Shown here: positions 37,707 to 47,122 of the stretch, piece after piece | Numbering within the stretch: the first letter of the stretch is position 1 | Layout: every line of letters begins with the position of its first letter | DNA from: Gemmatimonadaceae bacterium | Lineage (GTDB): Bacteria; Gemmatimonadota; Gemmatimonadetes; Gemmatimonadales; Gemmatimonadaceae | Length of the DNA stretch: 64,000 bases | Assembly (NCBI GenBank): GCA_045803545.1 | Contig: JBJMOW010000005.1 | Span: 448,001 to 512,000 of the forward strand | Direction: 5' to 3' | Translations under genes and position numbers: made by a program | Notes under the pieces: model-generated | Database searches by the model: none | Told to the model about the DNA's origin: nothing | The model's input: only the letters and a program-made list of their open reading frames with translations

Positions 37707-39866
37707 CTATGTTGCAGCCTTGCGACGCGTCATCGGTGTCAACACAGGCGATGGCATTTCGTCAATCCGCCTCGCCAGTCCTTTTACCAGCGAGGTGTCG
37801 TAGTTGGGCGATCCGAACAACTTTGCCACGTTGATTGCCGGGCGTCGCGGACGAGCAATCTTCTGCGCAACGACAGCAGCCGACGAGAGCGCTAGCAACA
37901 GCCATCGCGGGAGCCAGATTACGGACAGGCCCGGATTGCTGCTCCGTAACATGTCGACGGCGGCGCGTCTCGTCGGAAGAACCGGGTTGAGCAGATTCAA
38001 AGTATCCGGCGCGTCGTCGGGATTATCGAGCATCCACGCGATTGTACGAGCGGCGAAGGCCACGTCGGTGACGGGTAACTTGTGGCGCTGGCCTCCAACG
38101 GCGACAAACAAGTTCCCGAGTCTGCGGCCAAGCCGGCCTGGTGGTTCGAAGTTACTTGAATCAATCAGCGGACCCGGTCTCACCACGCGGAGACGCACGC
38201 GCGACTGCGCGGCAAGGGTCGCCGCAACTCGCTCCGATTCCAGCTTACCCCAGACGTACGGGCCGTATCCTTTTTCATTCCTCTCGAGCGGCGTATCCTC
38301 GGCGATCGCCTGTCGAGCGATAGGCCGTCCGATGACAGCCAGACTACTCACGTGGATCATGTTTCGGACGCCGGCAGCTGCAGCGGCGGTAACGATATGG
38401 CGCGTAGCATCGACCGAGTTTCGCTGATGCTCCTGCCAACCCCCAGCCGTCTCCGCCGCAGTGTGGACCACACAATCGATATTTCGGAAGATCTCGGTCG
38501 GCAGAACGTCGCCTAGATCGGCGCTAACGTAATCGACCTTGTCGATCTTCTCCCAGCTGGCGGGTCGCCGGCGGGAAACCACCCTCACCAATCGGCCTCT
38601 TGTCACGAGCTCGCGCGCGATGGCGCTTCCCAGAAGGCCGGTCCCCCCGGTGACGAGAACTCCCTTTGCGCTTGACGGCCACGTGGGGTTGATGGTCGAT
38701 ACTGTGCGCATTCGCAGCGAGTCGGCGACCTTTTCACAAAGTTCAGTGGTTTTCAGAATATTGATTTCGCTGATCGGCGATTCCGTACCCGTTCGCACGG
38801 CGGCGTAAAAGGCATCGAACAACTCTACCAGGCCAGGATAGCTCCGGTTGCGGTTCACGACGCGATGAAAGAGCGAAGATGTGGTGTCACGCAGCAATTG
38901 GTTGGCGATTCGATACGGCGCCAGCGCTTTATCAATTCCCGATGTGCCGGGGCCGATCAAGCGCTGCACTGTTCCGCGGACGTAATCCGCGCAGATCGAC
39001 CCGTTTGTTCCAACAACGCGCACGTAGCTCTCTACGGGTCGGCCGTGAAGAGTGACGACGAGCGTCCCGGTCACATGCCCGTGGCGAACCAGCGCGTGGA
39101 TTGTTCCATCCCCCGCGTCGCTGAGCGACAGAAGCTCCGGTGACCCCGATGCGCTGAGATCGAGAAAATGCAGCAGCAAATAGACCGGGTGCGGCAGGAT
39201 GTCGAGGAGTTGTAAATCGCTGGCCAGCGGCACGCGACCACCAGGCGCGCGTCGAACTGTCCGAAAAGAAAAATAGCTTTCGATATGGGTTACTCTCCCC
39301 AACGCCGGGAGAAGTTTTTCCGACTCTCTCGTTGGAGATTCGTAGAGCAGTTGATGACCCGTGGCGATAAGCAAACCGCGTGACCGTGAGAGCTCGAGCA
39401 GGGCGTTGGCCTCACGCAGTGTCTCGACAAACGGTTTTTCTACATAGACGTGACACCCGGCTTCGAGCGCGCGCGCAGCGAATTTCGCATGGAGGCCCGG
39501 TGGAGTGCAGACGTGGACCACGTCAAGCTGCTCGGCACTAAGCATTTCATCCACCGTCGAATAACCGGTCGCCGCTGGCACTAATGCGTGCATCGACAGG
39601 CGCGCCGCGTGAGACGGATCAACGTACGCTGATACAACCGCGTCCTCGCTGCACTGGAGAATCGACTGCACGTGATTCGCGGCCATCTTGCCGGCACCAA
39701 TAATTCCGACGCGAAGAGGTGAATTCCCGAAGGAAGAGTCGCGGGTGGGTGTTGGCGCTGCGCTATGCTCGTCGCCGAGAGAAAGAGCGCGCGGGGGAGG
39801 CGCATATGAACCAGTGTCCGGCCGCCCGGTCTTGTTCGTGTCTGGGCTGGAGACGCGTGCTGTCAC
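37707..39866 (-). CDS. Fusion of a Gfo/Idh/MocA oxidoreductase and an NAD-dependent epimerase/dehydratase
   Basis: GIIGAG and EKPF in the N-half; VTGGTGLLG and YVWGK in the C-half; GTGA overlap and GAGG RBS at 39866. Confidence 0.85.
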   Translation of the reverse strand: MTARVSSPDTNKTGRPDTGSYAPPPRALSLGDEHSAAPTPTRDSSFGNSPLRVGIIGAGKMAANHVQSILQCSEDAVVSAYVDPSHAARLSMHALVPAATGYSTVDEMLSAEQLDVVHVCTPPGLHAKFAARALEAGCHVYVEKPFVETLREANALLELSRSRGLLIATGHQLLYESPTRESEKLLPALGRVTHIESYFSFRTVRRAPGGRVPLASDLQLLDILPHPVYLLLHFLDLSASGSPELLSLSDAGDGTIHALVRHGHVTGTLVVTLHGRPVESYVRVVGTNGSICADYVRGTVQRLIGPGTSGIDKALAPYRIANQLLRDTTSSLFHRVVNRNRSYPGLVELFDAFYAAVRTGTESPISEINILKTTELCEKVADSLRMRTVSTINPTWPSSAKGVLVTGGTGLLGSAIARELVTRGRLVRVVSRRRPASWEKIDKVDYVSADLGDVLPTEIFRNIDCVVHTAAETAGGWQEHQRNSVDATRHIVTAAAAAGVRNMIHVSSLAVIGRPIARQAIAEDTPLERNEKGYGPYVWGKLESERVAATLAAQSRVRLRVVRPGPLIDSSNFEPPGRLGRRLGNLFVAVGGQRHKLPVTDVAFAARTIAWMLDNPDDAPDTLNLLNPVLPTRRAAVDMLRSSNPGLSVIWLPRWLLLALSSAAVVAQKIARPRRPAINVAKLFGSPNYDTSLVKGLARRIDEMPSPVLTPMTRRKAAT

Positions 39867-40909
39867 GAATTCCTCAAAGTTGTTGTGTTGTCCGAAAAAC
39901 CAAACTCGCCATTCTCGCGACGGCGTCGCGTGCGATCTGGACTCCATTTCCTGAGTGCTAAATCGCGGGCCCAACGCCACTGCATCCGGCGCCACTCTGC
40001 GGGCGGAAGCAGGTCTGATTCGCGCTGCAATCGAAGCCAGTCCAGCAATTGCCCAACTGTTGGAAACCATCCAGGACGCTGAGATAGCTGCGCGATACGG
40101 TGACGAGCTTGCTCATTGAGCACGCCATTGCGAACGAAGCCCTTTCCTAAATGAGTCGCGACGATACAGACGCCGCCCTCTTCCTCGAGCCGTTGCTGGT
40201 TGGCGGTGCTCAGCAGGTCGTTGAACTCGCTCACTCCCTCGGCATCCGAAGCGGAAAACCACCATGGCGCGAGAGGTCTGCGCGGATCTCGATACGGCAT
40301 CGACGGATTCACGGAGGTCGTGTTTATCTCGTGGAAGGTGAGATTCCGTGCGTAGACAATCGATCGACGGCACAGATCGCCCCACCAGTACGATGATGTC
40401 TCATCGTGACCACTGAAATACGAATCCGGCCGACCGGCGAACCTGCCGATCAACCGCTTGAGGAGCGGGCTATCGATTCGCCCAGCGCCCCAATAAATGT
40501 TCTCGCGGTTGTGTGAATGATTGACGTGAATCCGAGGGTAGTCCCCGAGCGTGGCGCGGAACTGTTCCAGTGCTGCGACAGTTCGCTCGCGACGACTCGA
40601 CTCCATTGTCGCGCCGTGCCACGTGATCTCGAAACCACGGCGATGCAGCTCGATGACGAACTCTCGGTAGTCGGGGTCCTCCATTGTCTGCGAGGTTTTG
40701 AAGTTCTTGCTTCCCTCTTTGCAGCCCAGTAGCCAGATCGTTTTCGTAGTGCGCATCCCGCACTGAAAGAGCAGATCGTAGATCGGCTTGATATTGTCTA
40801 CCGTGGCGACGTCGGTGTCGTCGAGAATGGTGAAGGCAAACCGCTTTCCGTTTGGGAAAAGGCGCGGATGGCGGGCGCTCGCGTTATTGAAAACAGTGTT
40901 ACTGGTCAC
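39863..40909 (-). CDS. Polysaccharide deacetylase-like protein
   Basis: FAFTILDDTD, EITWHG and ATHLG resemble NodB-fold motifs. Confidence 0.6.
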   Translation of the reverse strand: MTSNTVFNNASARHPRLFPNGKRFAFTILDDTDVATVDNIKPIYDLLFQCGMRTTKTIWLLGCKEGSKNFKTSQTMEDPDYREFVIELHRRGFEITWHGATMESSRRERTVAALEQFRATLGDYPRIHVNHSHNRENIYWGAGRIDSPLLKRLIGRFAGRPDSYFSGHDETSSYWWGDLCRRSIVYARNLTFHEINTTSVNPSMPYRDPRRPLAPWWFSASDAEGVSEFNDLLSTANQQRLEEEGGVCIVATHLGKGFVRNGVLNEQARHRIAQLSQRPGWFPTVGQLLDWLRLQRESDLLPPAEWRRMQWRWARDLALRKWSPDRTRRRRENGEFGFSDNTTTLRNS

Positions 40910-42021
40910 GCTAGCACCTTCTCGTAAACGGCGGAGACACGCTCAAACCACGCTGCGGGTTGAAAGCCATCCGCAACGCGATCGGCCGCGCGCGCTGCTC
41001 GTTGCTGCGCCTCCATTGGGTGCGTCGCGATTCGATCCAGCGCCTGCGCGATCATCCCTGGCTCATCGGGCTCAACGAGCGACGCCACAGAAGCGTTCAC
41101 CACGTCAGGCACACCACCGACTAGAGTGGCCACAATGGGCACCCCTGCGTGCATTGCCTCCAGCAGTATGATAGGTGTGCCTTCTGTACGTGAGCTCAGA
41201 ATCAGCGCATCGAACGCTGCCAGCACCGAACCTGCGTTCGGTAGAGCGCCGTACCATTTAATGCGGTGGTCCACACCCAGCAAAGCGGCCCGACGTCTCA
41301 GGGCTGCTTCCTCTGATCCGGACCCGACGAACGCGATCTGCCACCGCTGATTGCTCCGTGCGAGCGCGTCCAGTGCTACATCTGGTGCTTTCTCCGGAGA
41401 GAGTCGGCCAACCCAGCCAGCAATCAGGGCGTCCGCAGCGATACCAAGCTTGGCGCGCGCAGCCTCGCGTGACAGCGTGCAGGACGGCGCAAACCCGTTT
41501 TGCACGTAGTGAATTTTCCGCGACGGAACGCCCGCCTGAACGAGCCGCGCAACGAGTGGGCGCGAAACCGCAATCACTCCGTCGGCATGACGAAGCGCTA
41601 TTAGTTGGAAGCGCTCATTCAGGCGATTGCGTGGACTGCCGCCAGTGAACCCATGGACGGTGCTGACAGTGCGCGCGCCGCTGGATCGCGCGACGATTCC
41701 GCCGATTACGTCAGCGCGATAACCGTGCGTGTGAACGATAGCGGGGTTTAGCGTACTGAGAAGTGTGGAAAGAAGCCGACACTCTTTCATATAACTCCGG
41801 CCGCCCACGATCACCGGTGTCACAGGAATGCCGGCGTTTTGCAAACCTTCGACGAATGGATGATCCTGACGCATGTCATCGGGAGTGAGGACGGCGGCGA
41901 CGTGAGTCCTCTCCGGGCCCTGCCCGGCACAAAGCATCGTGACGACCTTTTCTAGGCCGCCTTGGCGCGCAGGTGCCAGGATGTGTACAACAGTTCGGCT
42001 GTGCGCCGCGCCATTATGCAT
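40906..42021 (-). CDS. Glycosyltransferase family 4
   Basis: GGLE, VHTHG, VGRLSPEK and EGTPIILLEAM motifs. Confidence 0.92.
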   Translation of the reverse strand: MHNGAAHSRTVVHILAPARQGGLEKVVTMLCAGQGPERTHVAAVLTPDDMRQDHPFVEGLQNAGIPVTPVIVGGRSYMKECRLLSTLLSTLNPAIVHTHGYRADVIGGIVARSSGARTVSTVHGFTGGSPRNRLNERFQLIALRHADGVIAVSRPLVARLVQAGVPSRKIHYVQNGFAPSCTLSREAARAKLGIAADALIAGWVGRLSPEKAPDVALDALARSNQRWQIAFVGSGSEEAALRRRAALLGVDHRIKWYGALPNAGSVLAAFDALILSSRTEGTPIILLEAMHAGVPIVATLVGGVPDVVNASVASLVEPDEPGMIAQALDRIATHPMEAQQRAARAADRVADGFQPAAWFERVSAVYEKVLA

Positions 42022-42059
42022 ATTGCGCAGAGTTGGCTAACCAATCGGCTGCGCAATAC

Positions 42060-42077
42060 CGTTGCATGCACGCAACA
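42060..42077. promoter_or_regulatory. Palindromic enhancer-like site CGTTGC-N6-GCAACA
   Basis: Exact core match in a divergent intergenic region. Confidence 0.72.
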
Positions 42078-42340
42078 CTGGGCGCCACGACCGCTGTTCT
42101 AGCGGTTTTGAGTGGCTGTCGTAAGTAGTTACGGGACATCGACTTACAAAAGGGAGATCGTCGCTAATCGCTAAATTGCTGCTACTGAAAGGGCAGGTTC
42201 CGCGCCGATCAGAAGTCGTAGCCACTTTGTTCACTCAATTGAACGGTGACAGATCGACGCTTGAAATTGGTGTCTCTTCCTCTAAGTTGTGCGCGCTGCG
42301 CTCCCCTGCGCGACAGCTATTCTTCGTCAATATTCGACGC

Positions 42341-43609
42341 GTGCGACAGCAAATTCTATTTCTATCACAGTGCCTGCCATACCCGCCCCACAGCGGCGTA
42401 ACGAATCGCACTTATCACGTCCTGCTTCAGTTGCAAAGGAGGTTCGACGTCACACTTGTGGCGTTCTCCCGTCGTAACCACCAGGCGGACCACACCGCGC
42501 GGGCAAACTCGACGTCGGCGTTGCGAGCAGAACTTTCCCGGGTGCTCGACTCAGTACCGATTGCCTCCGAATGGTCTCTCGCCAAGAAAATTCAGATTCA
42601 CTTTGAAAGCGTGATGGCGCGCAAGCCATACATTTTCTTCGACTATGCAAGCCGGCAGTTTGGTAAAGAAATCGAGACCGCGCTCCACGACAACACGTTC
42701 GACCTCGTTCATCTCGATAGTTTGGATGTATCCGGTTGGCTGCCACTGATTCCCTCAGTTCCGATAACCTGCACGCATCACAGTATCGAGTCGGAGCTCT
42801 TGCGTCTGCGCGCAACTCACATCGGTAATCGACTGTCCGCTGCGTATCTGAATCACCAGGCGAAACTGCTCGAGGCAACGGAGCGCGCACTTTGTGGTCG
42901 TTTCGCGCTCAACGTGATGACGTCGGAGCTTGATGCCACTCGGCTGCGCGCGCTCGTTCCCCGCGCAAACACAGCATCGATTCCGAACGGTGTCGATGTG
43001 AATTACTTCACGCCGACGGAATCGCAACGCGCGGTACGAGGCCGGGTGGTGTTTCTTGGGCCAACGTACATGTTCCCGAATCGGGACGGCGTAGAGTTCT
43101 TCTTGAGCAAGATCTGGCCACTCATCTTGAGTGATTTACCAAACGTCACGTTTCACTTGTTGGGGAAGAATTCCCACCGTGACAAAACGGAGTTCGAGTC
43201 GAATGCTGGGGTGACGTGTCACGGTTACGTTGATGACATTCGGCCGCACTTTGCAGCCGCGCAGTGTTCTGTCGTTCCCCTTCGCACCGGCGGTGGCACC
43301 CGGTTGAAGATTCTCGATGCCTGGGCCATGGGAAGTGCGATTGTTTCCACTTCGATCGGATGCGAGGGTCTCGCCGCTGTCGATGGTACGAACATTCTGA
43401 TCAGAGACGATCCACGTCAGTTCGCCGAAGCGGTGACGGCGGTGTTGCGAGATGGCGAGCTACGGCGACAGCTCGGCGAAAATGGCAGGAAAACCGCGGA
43501 GACGATTTACGCGTGGTCCGTCGTCGGCGACAAACTCAACGGTGCCTACAGCGCGTTGATGCGCACTGACGCTTCTGTGAATCCGAAACGTCTTGCAGTT
43601 CCTCGTTGA
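42341..43609 (+). CDS. Glycosyltransferase family 4
   Basis: PYPPHSG, PNGVD, PN.DGV and GGGTRLKILDAW motifs; GTG at 42341 preferred. Confidence 0.9.
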   Translation: MRQQILFLSQCLPYPPHSGVTNRTYHVLLQLQRRFDVTLVAFSRRNHQADHTARANSTSALRAELSRVLDSVPIASEWSLAKKIQIHFESVMARKPYIFFDYASRQFGKEIETALHDNTFDLVHLDSLDVSGWLPLIPSVPITCTHHSIESELLRLRATHIGNRLSAAYLNHQAKLLEATERALCGRFALNVMTSELDATRLRALVPRANTASIPNGVDVNYFTPTESQRAVRGRVVFLGPTYMFPNRDGVEFFLSKIWPLILSDLPNVTFHLLGKNSHRDKTEFESNAGVTCHGYVDDIRPHFAAAQCSVVPLRTGGGTRLKILDAWAMGSAIVSTSIGCEGLAAVDGTNILIRDDPRQFAEAVTAVLRDGELRRQLGENGRKTAETIYAWSVVGDKLNGAYSALMRTDASVNPKRLAVPR

Positions 43610-43870
43610 AGAATCGTCGCTGATTCGCCGACCCGGGACAGAAAAAAAACAAACCGCAACAAATGTTCTGACCGTATAGCGCGCGCATTCCAAAGGCCGT
43701 GCCAAGTGCCGCGCACGTGGCGCATTTCGTGTGTCGCACCCTACTTGGATTGAAGGCAAAAGCCGTTACAGTTCATTTGAGTAATCGTCGCCCATGTGAA
43801 GGTGAATAAGCTCACCGCACGGTGGGTGCGACAGACAAACAGTACGGCAGGATCGCAGCCTCTCTTCGAG

Positions 43871-43966
43871 GTGTCGCGACAAAGGCAAACCCGGCGAAAG
43901 CCGGCGACGCAAAGCCACGAGGCTAACGCGCAACAGCGCCATGCCAGTCGAGCCGCCGAATCACAC
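43871..43966 (+). ncRNA. Cyclic di-GMP-I (GEMM) riboswitch
   Basis: GGCAAAC-CCGGC-GAAA-GCCGG-CGACGCAAAGC...GGCTAA...ATG.CAG...GCCGA; GNRA tetraloop and receptor; directly before a GGGGAGG RBS. Confidence 0.92.
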
Positions 43967-43986
43967 TACAGGGGAGGACGCATTCT

Positions 43987-45867
43987 ATGCGTACTTTTAT
44001 CCTCGCAGTGGCCGGCCTTGCTCTTAGTGTCGCTGCGTGTTCTTCATATGGCACTTCGGTCGTCGAAGTCAACAAGACTCGCGCTGCAGTGTCGTTAGTT
44101 TCCATTTCGCTTCCGCGTTCGCTGGAACAGGGCAAGACAGCTCGCGGAGTTGCGACGGTCAAAGACGCGAACGGAGCCATTCTCACCGACCGCTCAGTCT
44201 CCTGGTTCACTTCTAGCGCAGCGGTCGCGGGTGTTAACGACTCCGGCGAAGTAACAGCTGTCGCGCCAGGAACTGCCATCCTCACCGCGACGAGCGAAGG
44301 CGTGGCTGGACAAGCAACAATGTCTGTTCTCGGCGCGCCGCCAACACCAACGCCGGTTGCATCGGTTCAGGTAGCTATCGCACCCGCGTCAGTTGTGGTC
44401 GGCGCGAAAGCGCTTGCCACCGCGACGCTTCGAGACTCGAGCGGAAACACGCTTGGTGGCCGCAATGTTACTTGGCAGAGCTCGGATGCGAGAGTGGCAT
44501 CGGTCGTTGCGACTGGCGAAGTCACCGCGATTGCTGCCGGAACGGCGACAATCTCGGCGGTGAGTGAGGGCCAGACCGGCCTGGCAACATTGACAGTGTC
44601 GGTGCCCCCGCCTATTCCAGTTGCGTCCATTGCCGTCTCGCCGACGAGCGTCGCCATTGCAGTTAGTGGAACGTCGCAGTTATCGGCGACCACCCGAGAT
44701 GCCAACAACAACGTGTTGACGGGACGAACTGTGGTCTGGAGCTCCGCGAACGCGAGCATCGCCTCAGTATCGTCTTCTGGTCTAGTCTCCGCAGTCGCAG
44801 CGGGAACCGTGCAGGTTTCAGCTGCAAGCGAAGGAAAAAGCGCGTCGGCGACGATTACGGTTAACGCACCCGCGCCACCGCCAGTGTCGTCGGTTTCCGT
44901 TTCTCCGTCTTCGTCAAGCTTGCAGGTCGGCGACACGTTGCGGCTCTCAGCGGTCACCCGCGACGCCAGCGGTACGGTGCTGACGGGGCGAACGATTGCC
45001 TGGAGCACAAACAACGGTGGCGTTGCGACGGTCTCAGCTACTGGCCTCGTATCCGCTGTTGCGACCGGCACCGCTTCGGTCACGGCGACGAGCGAAGGAA
45101 AGTCTGCGTCAGCAACCATCAACGTCTCGGCTGCTGCACCACCGCCTCCGCCCCCTCCGCCACCGCCGTCGGGCATCTGGCGCTCAAACGAACCAGCTGG
45201 TCTGACGCCGATATCAGATCAACCGTTCTCGTCGATGCCGTCGAACGGTTGGCGCATGCAGAACAGTTCCTCGATCGTGGCTGACAACTCCGGCCCGCAG
45301 TCACCCGGAAGTATTCTGGATGTTCATTATGCGGTTGGTCTCGCTGGTGGTTTTGCACCGGGCCAGGCATGGGATCTCCTCCCAACGCCCGTCAACACCC
45401 TTTACTACGCCGTGTGGATGAAGTTCTCGGCAAACTGGGTGGGCCACCCGAGTCTGGTCAACAAGACTCTGTTCATTTCGCTCAACGACCAGAACCTGCT
45501 CTTCATTGCTGGTTATGGTGCTGGTAGCGATCCGCTGCTTTGCTCGATCGGGCTGCAGTCAATCCAGAATCTCGGAGTGTCGTCATTCTGGCACCCGAAT
45601 CTTGTTCCGAATGCGCATTTCACGCGCGGTCAGTGGGATCTGTTGGAGCTTGTCGTCAAATCCAACACTTCGGGCAATGCGGACGGCTCGGTCGATGTAT
45701 ACCTTAACGGCGTTCACATCACGAGTCGACCAGGGATTCAGTGGACGTCCGGCGGGTCCAACATCAACCAGGCTTCGATATCGCCGGTTTGGGGTGGCGA
45801 AGGAGCTGTGCTCGGTACCGCCATGGATCTGCAATTCGATCACGCGTACCTGAGCGGCAAGCAATAA
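43987..45867 (+). CDS. Lipoprotein with four Ig-like (Big_2) repeats, a Pro10 linker and a C-terminal beta-jelly-roll (lectin/polysaccharide-lyase-like) domain
   Basis: Lipobox VAAC; four repeats ending SEG; LYYAVWMKF...GQW..LE...DG.V..Y.NG...FD. Confidence 0.85.
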   Translation: MRTFILAVAGLALSVAACSSYGTSVVEVNKTRAAVSLVSISLPRSLEQGKTARGVATVKDANGAILTDRSVSWFTSSAAVAGVNDSGEVTAVAPGTAILTATSEGVAGQATMSVLGAPPTPTPVASVQVAIAPASVVVGAKALATATLRDSSGNTLGGRNVTWQSSDARVASVVATGEVTAIAAGTATISAVSEGQTGLATLTVSVPPPIPVASIAVSPTSVAIAVSGTSQLSATTRDANNNVLTGRTVVWSSANASIASVSSSGLVSAVAAGTVQVSAASEGKSASATITVNAPAPPPVSSVSVSPSSSSLQVGDTLRLSAVTRDASGTVLTGRTIAWSTNNGGVATVSATGLVSAVATGTASVTATSEGKSASATINVSAAAPPPPPPPPPPSGIWRSNEPAGLTPISDQPFSSMPSNGWRMQNSSSIVADNSGPQSPGSILDVHYAVGLAGGFAPGQAWDLLPTPVNTLYYAVWMKFSANWVGHPSLVNKTLFISLNDQNLLFIAGYGAGSDPLLCSIGLQSIQNLGVSSFWHPNLVPNAHFTRGQWDLLELVVKSNTSGNADGSVDVYLNGVHITSRPGIQWTSGGSNINQASISPVWGGEGAVLGTAMDLQFDHAYLSGKQ

Positions 45868-45881
45868 GATCGAGATAGTAC

Positions 45882-45920
45882 AAAAAAGAACGGCGAGCTC
45901 AGGCTCGCCGTTCTTTTTTT
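45882..45920. terminator. Bidirectional intrinsic terminator
   Basis: A6-GAACGGCGAGC-TCAG-GCTCGCCGTTC-T7 between convergent genes. Confidence 0.92.
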
Positions 45921-45973
45921 GCTGCGCTGCAACGGACACGCGACTATCAAGAGGTGATCTTAGTTCGTGTAAG

Positions 45974-47122
45974 TCACGCAGTGAGCGGCACGCGTCGGTC
46001 AACGAGGGCACGCAAGTAGATGCTCTCGTAATGATCAGCCATCACCTCGACGGTGAACTCTTTCCGCCCGCGCGCCGCAGCGGCATCGCCAAGCGAAGAC
46101 CGCCGAGAAGGGTCTGTCAGGACACATTTCAAAGCGGTCGCCAGCTTCGAAACATCGCCTGGCGGCACCAGTAATCCATCCCGCCCGTCTACAATAGCTT
46201 CAGGAATTCCTGCTGTTGCCGACGCCACTATCGCCTTGCCTGCCACCATCGCCTCAAGGAGTGCCATCGGGAGACCTTCCCACAGCGAGGGGATGACGAA
46301 CACATCGGCGAGTGCGAGCAAATCCGGAACATCGTCGCGATTGGTCACGATATGAATGGCTTTTCCAAGGTCGTTGTCGTTCATGTAGGTCAAAAGAGAT
46401 TCGTGCTTGTCTCCTCCGCGCCCCCCAGCAATGATCAGCTTCCACGGAACGTTTACACCTTGCGCCCTCAACTGTACGAGTGCTTCCAGGAGAACGTGAT
46501 GCCCTTTGTGTTCCTCGAGTGTTCCCACCGCGAGCAGCACGCACTCGCCTGGGTGAATTCCAAACTCGGCTCCGACCTGAGAACGATCTCCAGTTTTTGC
46601 CGATACTCCGTTGGGCACGACTTCGAATTCGGTTTCCGAAACTCCAAGCTCGCGGGCAAACTGACTGCGTGTCGCGCGGGAGACCATCACCGTACAATCG
46701 GCACTGCGCATCGCCCAGCGCAGAGCGATGCGGCGGCGAAGAACTTTGCAGGCTTTGAACCCACCGTGCATCGTGATCACCTGAGGCAACCTGACGATTC
46801 GCGCGGCGGCCGCGCCGTAAACCGCCATCGTGAACTCGTGACTGTGCACAATATCGATTTTGTGATCGCGACAGACCTGCACGAGTCCACTCACACCTCG
46901 TGGGTCCAGGGCCCATCGAATGTGAAATGCCTCTGCTGACATCCCCGCTCCGCGCAGTCGCGTGCCGAGCCATCCGTTGCCGTTGGCTCGGTGCACGGGA
47001 ACAACTTCATGGCCACGATTGCGAAGCTCGTCGCAAAGGCGAAAAACCATCATCTCTGCACCGCCGGGCCCGTCGGACTCGAGCATCATTGCAATCCGCA
47101 AAGCTCTGTGCCGCATAGTCAT
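45974..47122 (-). CDS. Glycosyltransferase family 4
   Basis: GGAE, VHSH, KGH and EGLPMALLEAM motifs; ATGA overlap at 47119-47122. Confidence 0.92.
   Translation of the reverse strand: MTMRHRALRIAMMLESDGPGGAEMMVFRLCDELRNRGHEVVPVHRANGNGWLGTRLRGAGMSAEAFHIRWALDPRGVSGLVQVCRDHKIDIVHSHEFTMAVYGAAAARIVRLPQVITMHGGFKACKVLRRRIALRWAMRSADCTVMVSRATRSQFARELGVSETEFEVVPNGVSAKTGDRSQVGAEFGIHPGECVLLAVGTLEEHKGHHVLLEALVQLRAQGVNVPWKLIIAGGRGGDKHESLLTYMNDNDLGKAIHIVTNRDDVPDLLALADVFVIPSLWEGLPMALLEAMVAGKAIVASATAGIPEAIVDGRDGLLVPPGDVSKLATALKCVLTDPSRRSSLGDAAAARGRKEFTVEVMADHYESIYLRALVDRRVPLTA

Noticed and set aside
43871..43966. cGAMP-sensing GEMM-Ib riboswitch
   Set aside because: The specificity position is G rather than A.
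44070..45130. Periodic DNA repeats, also at about 62060-63330, as a possible CRISPR array
   Set aside because: They are degenerate in-frame Big_2 domain repeats; there are no identical direct repeats with spacers and no cas genes.
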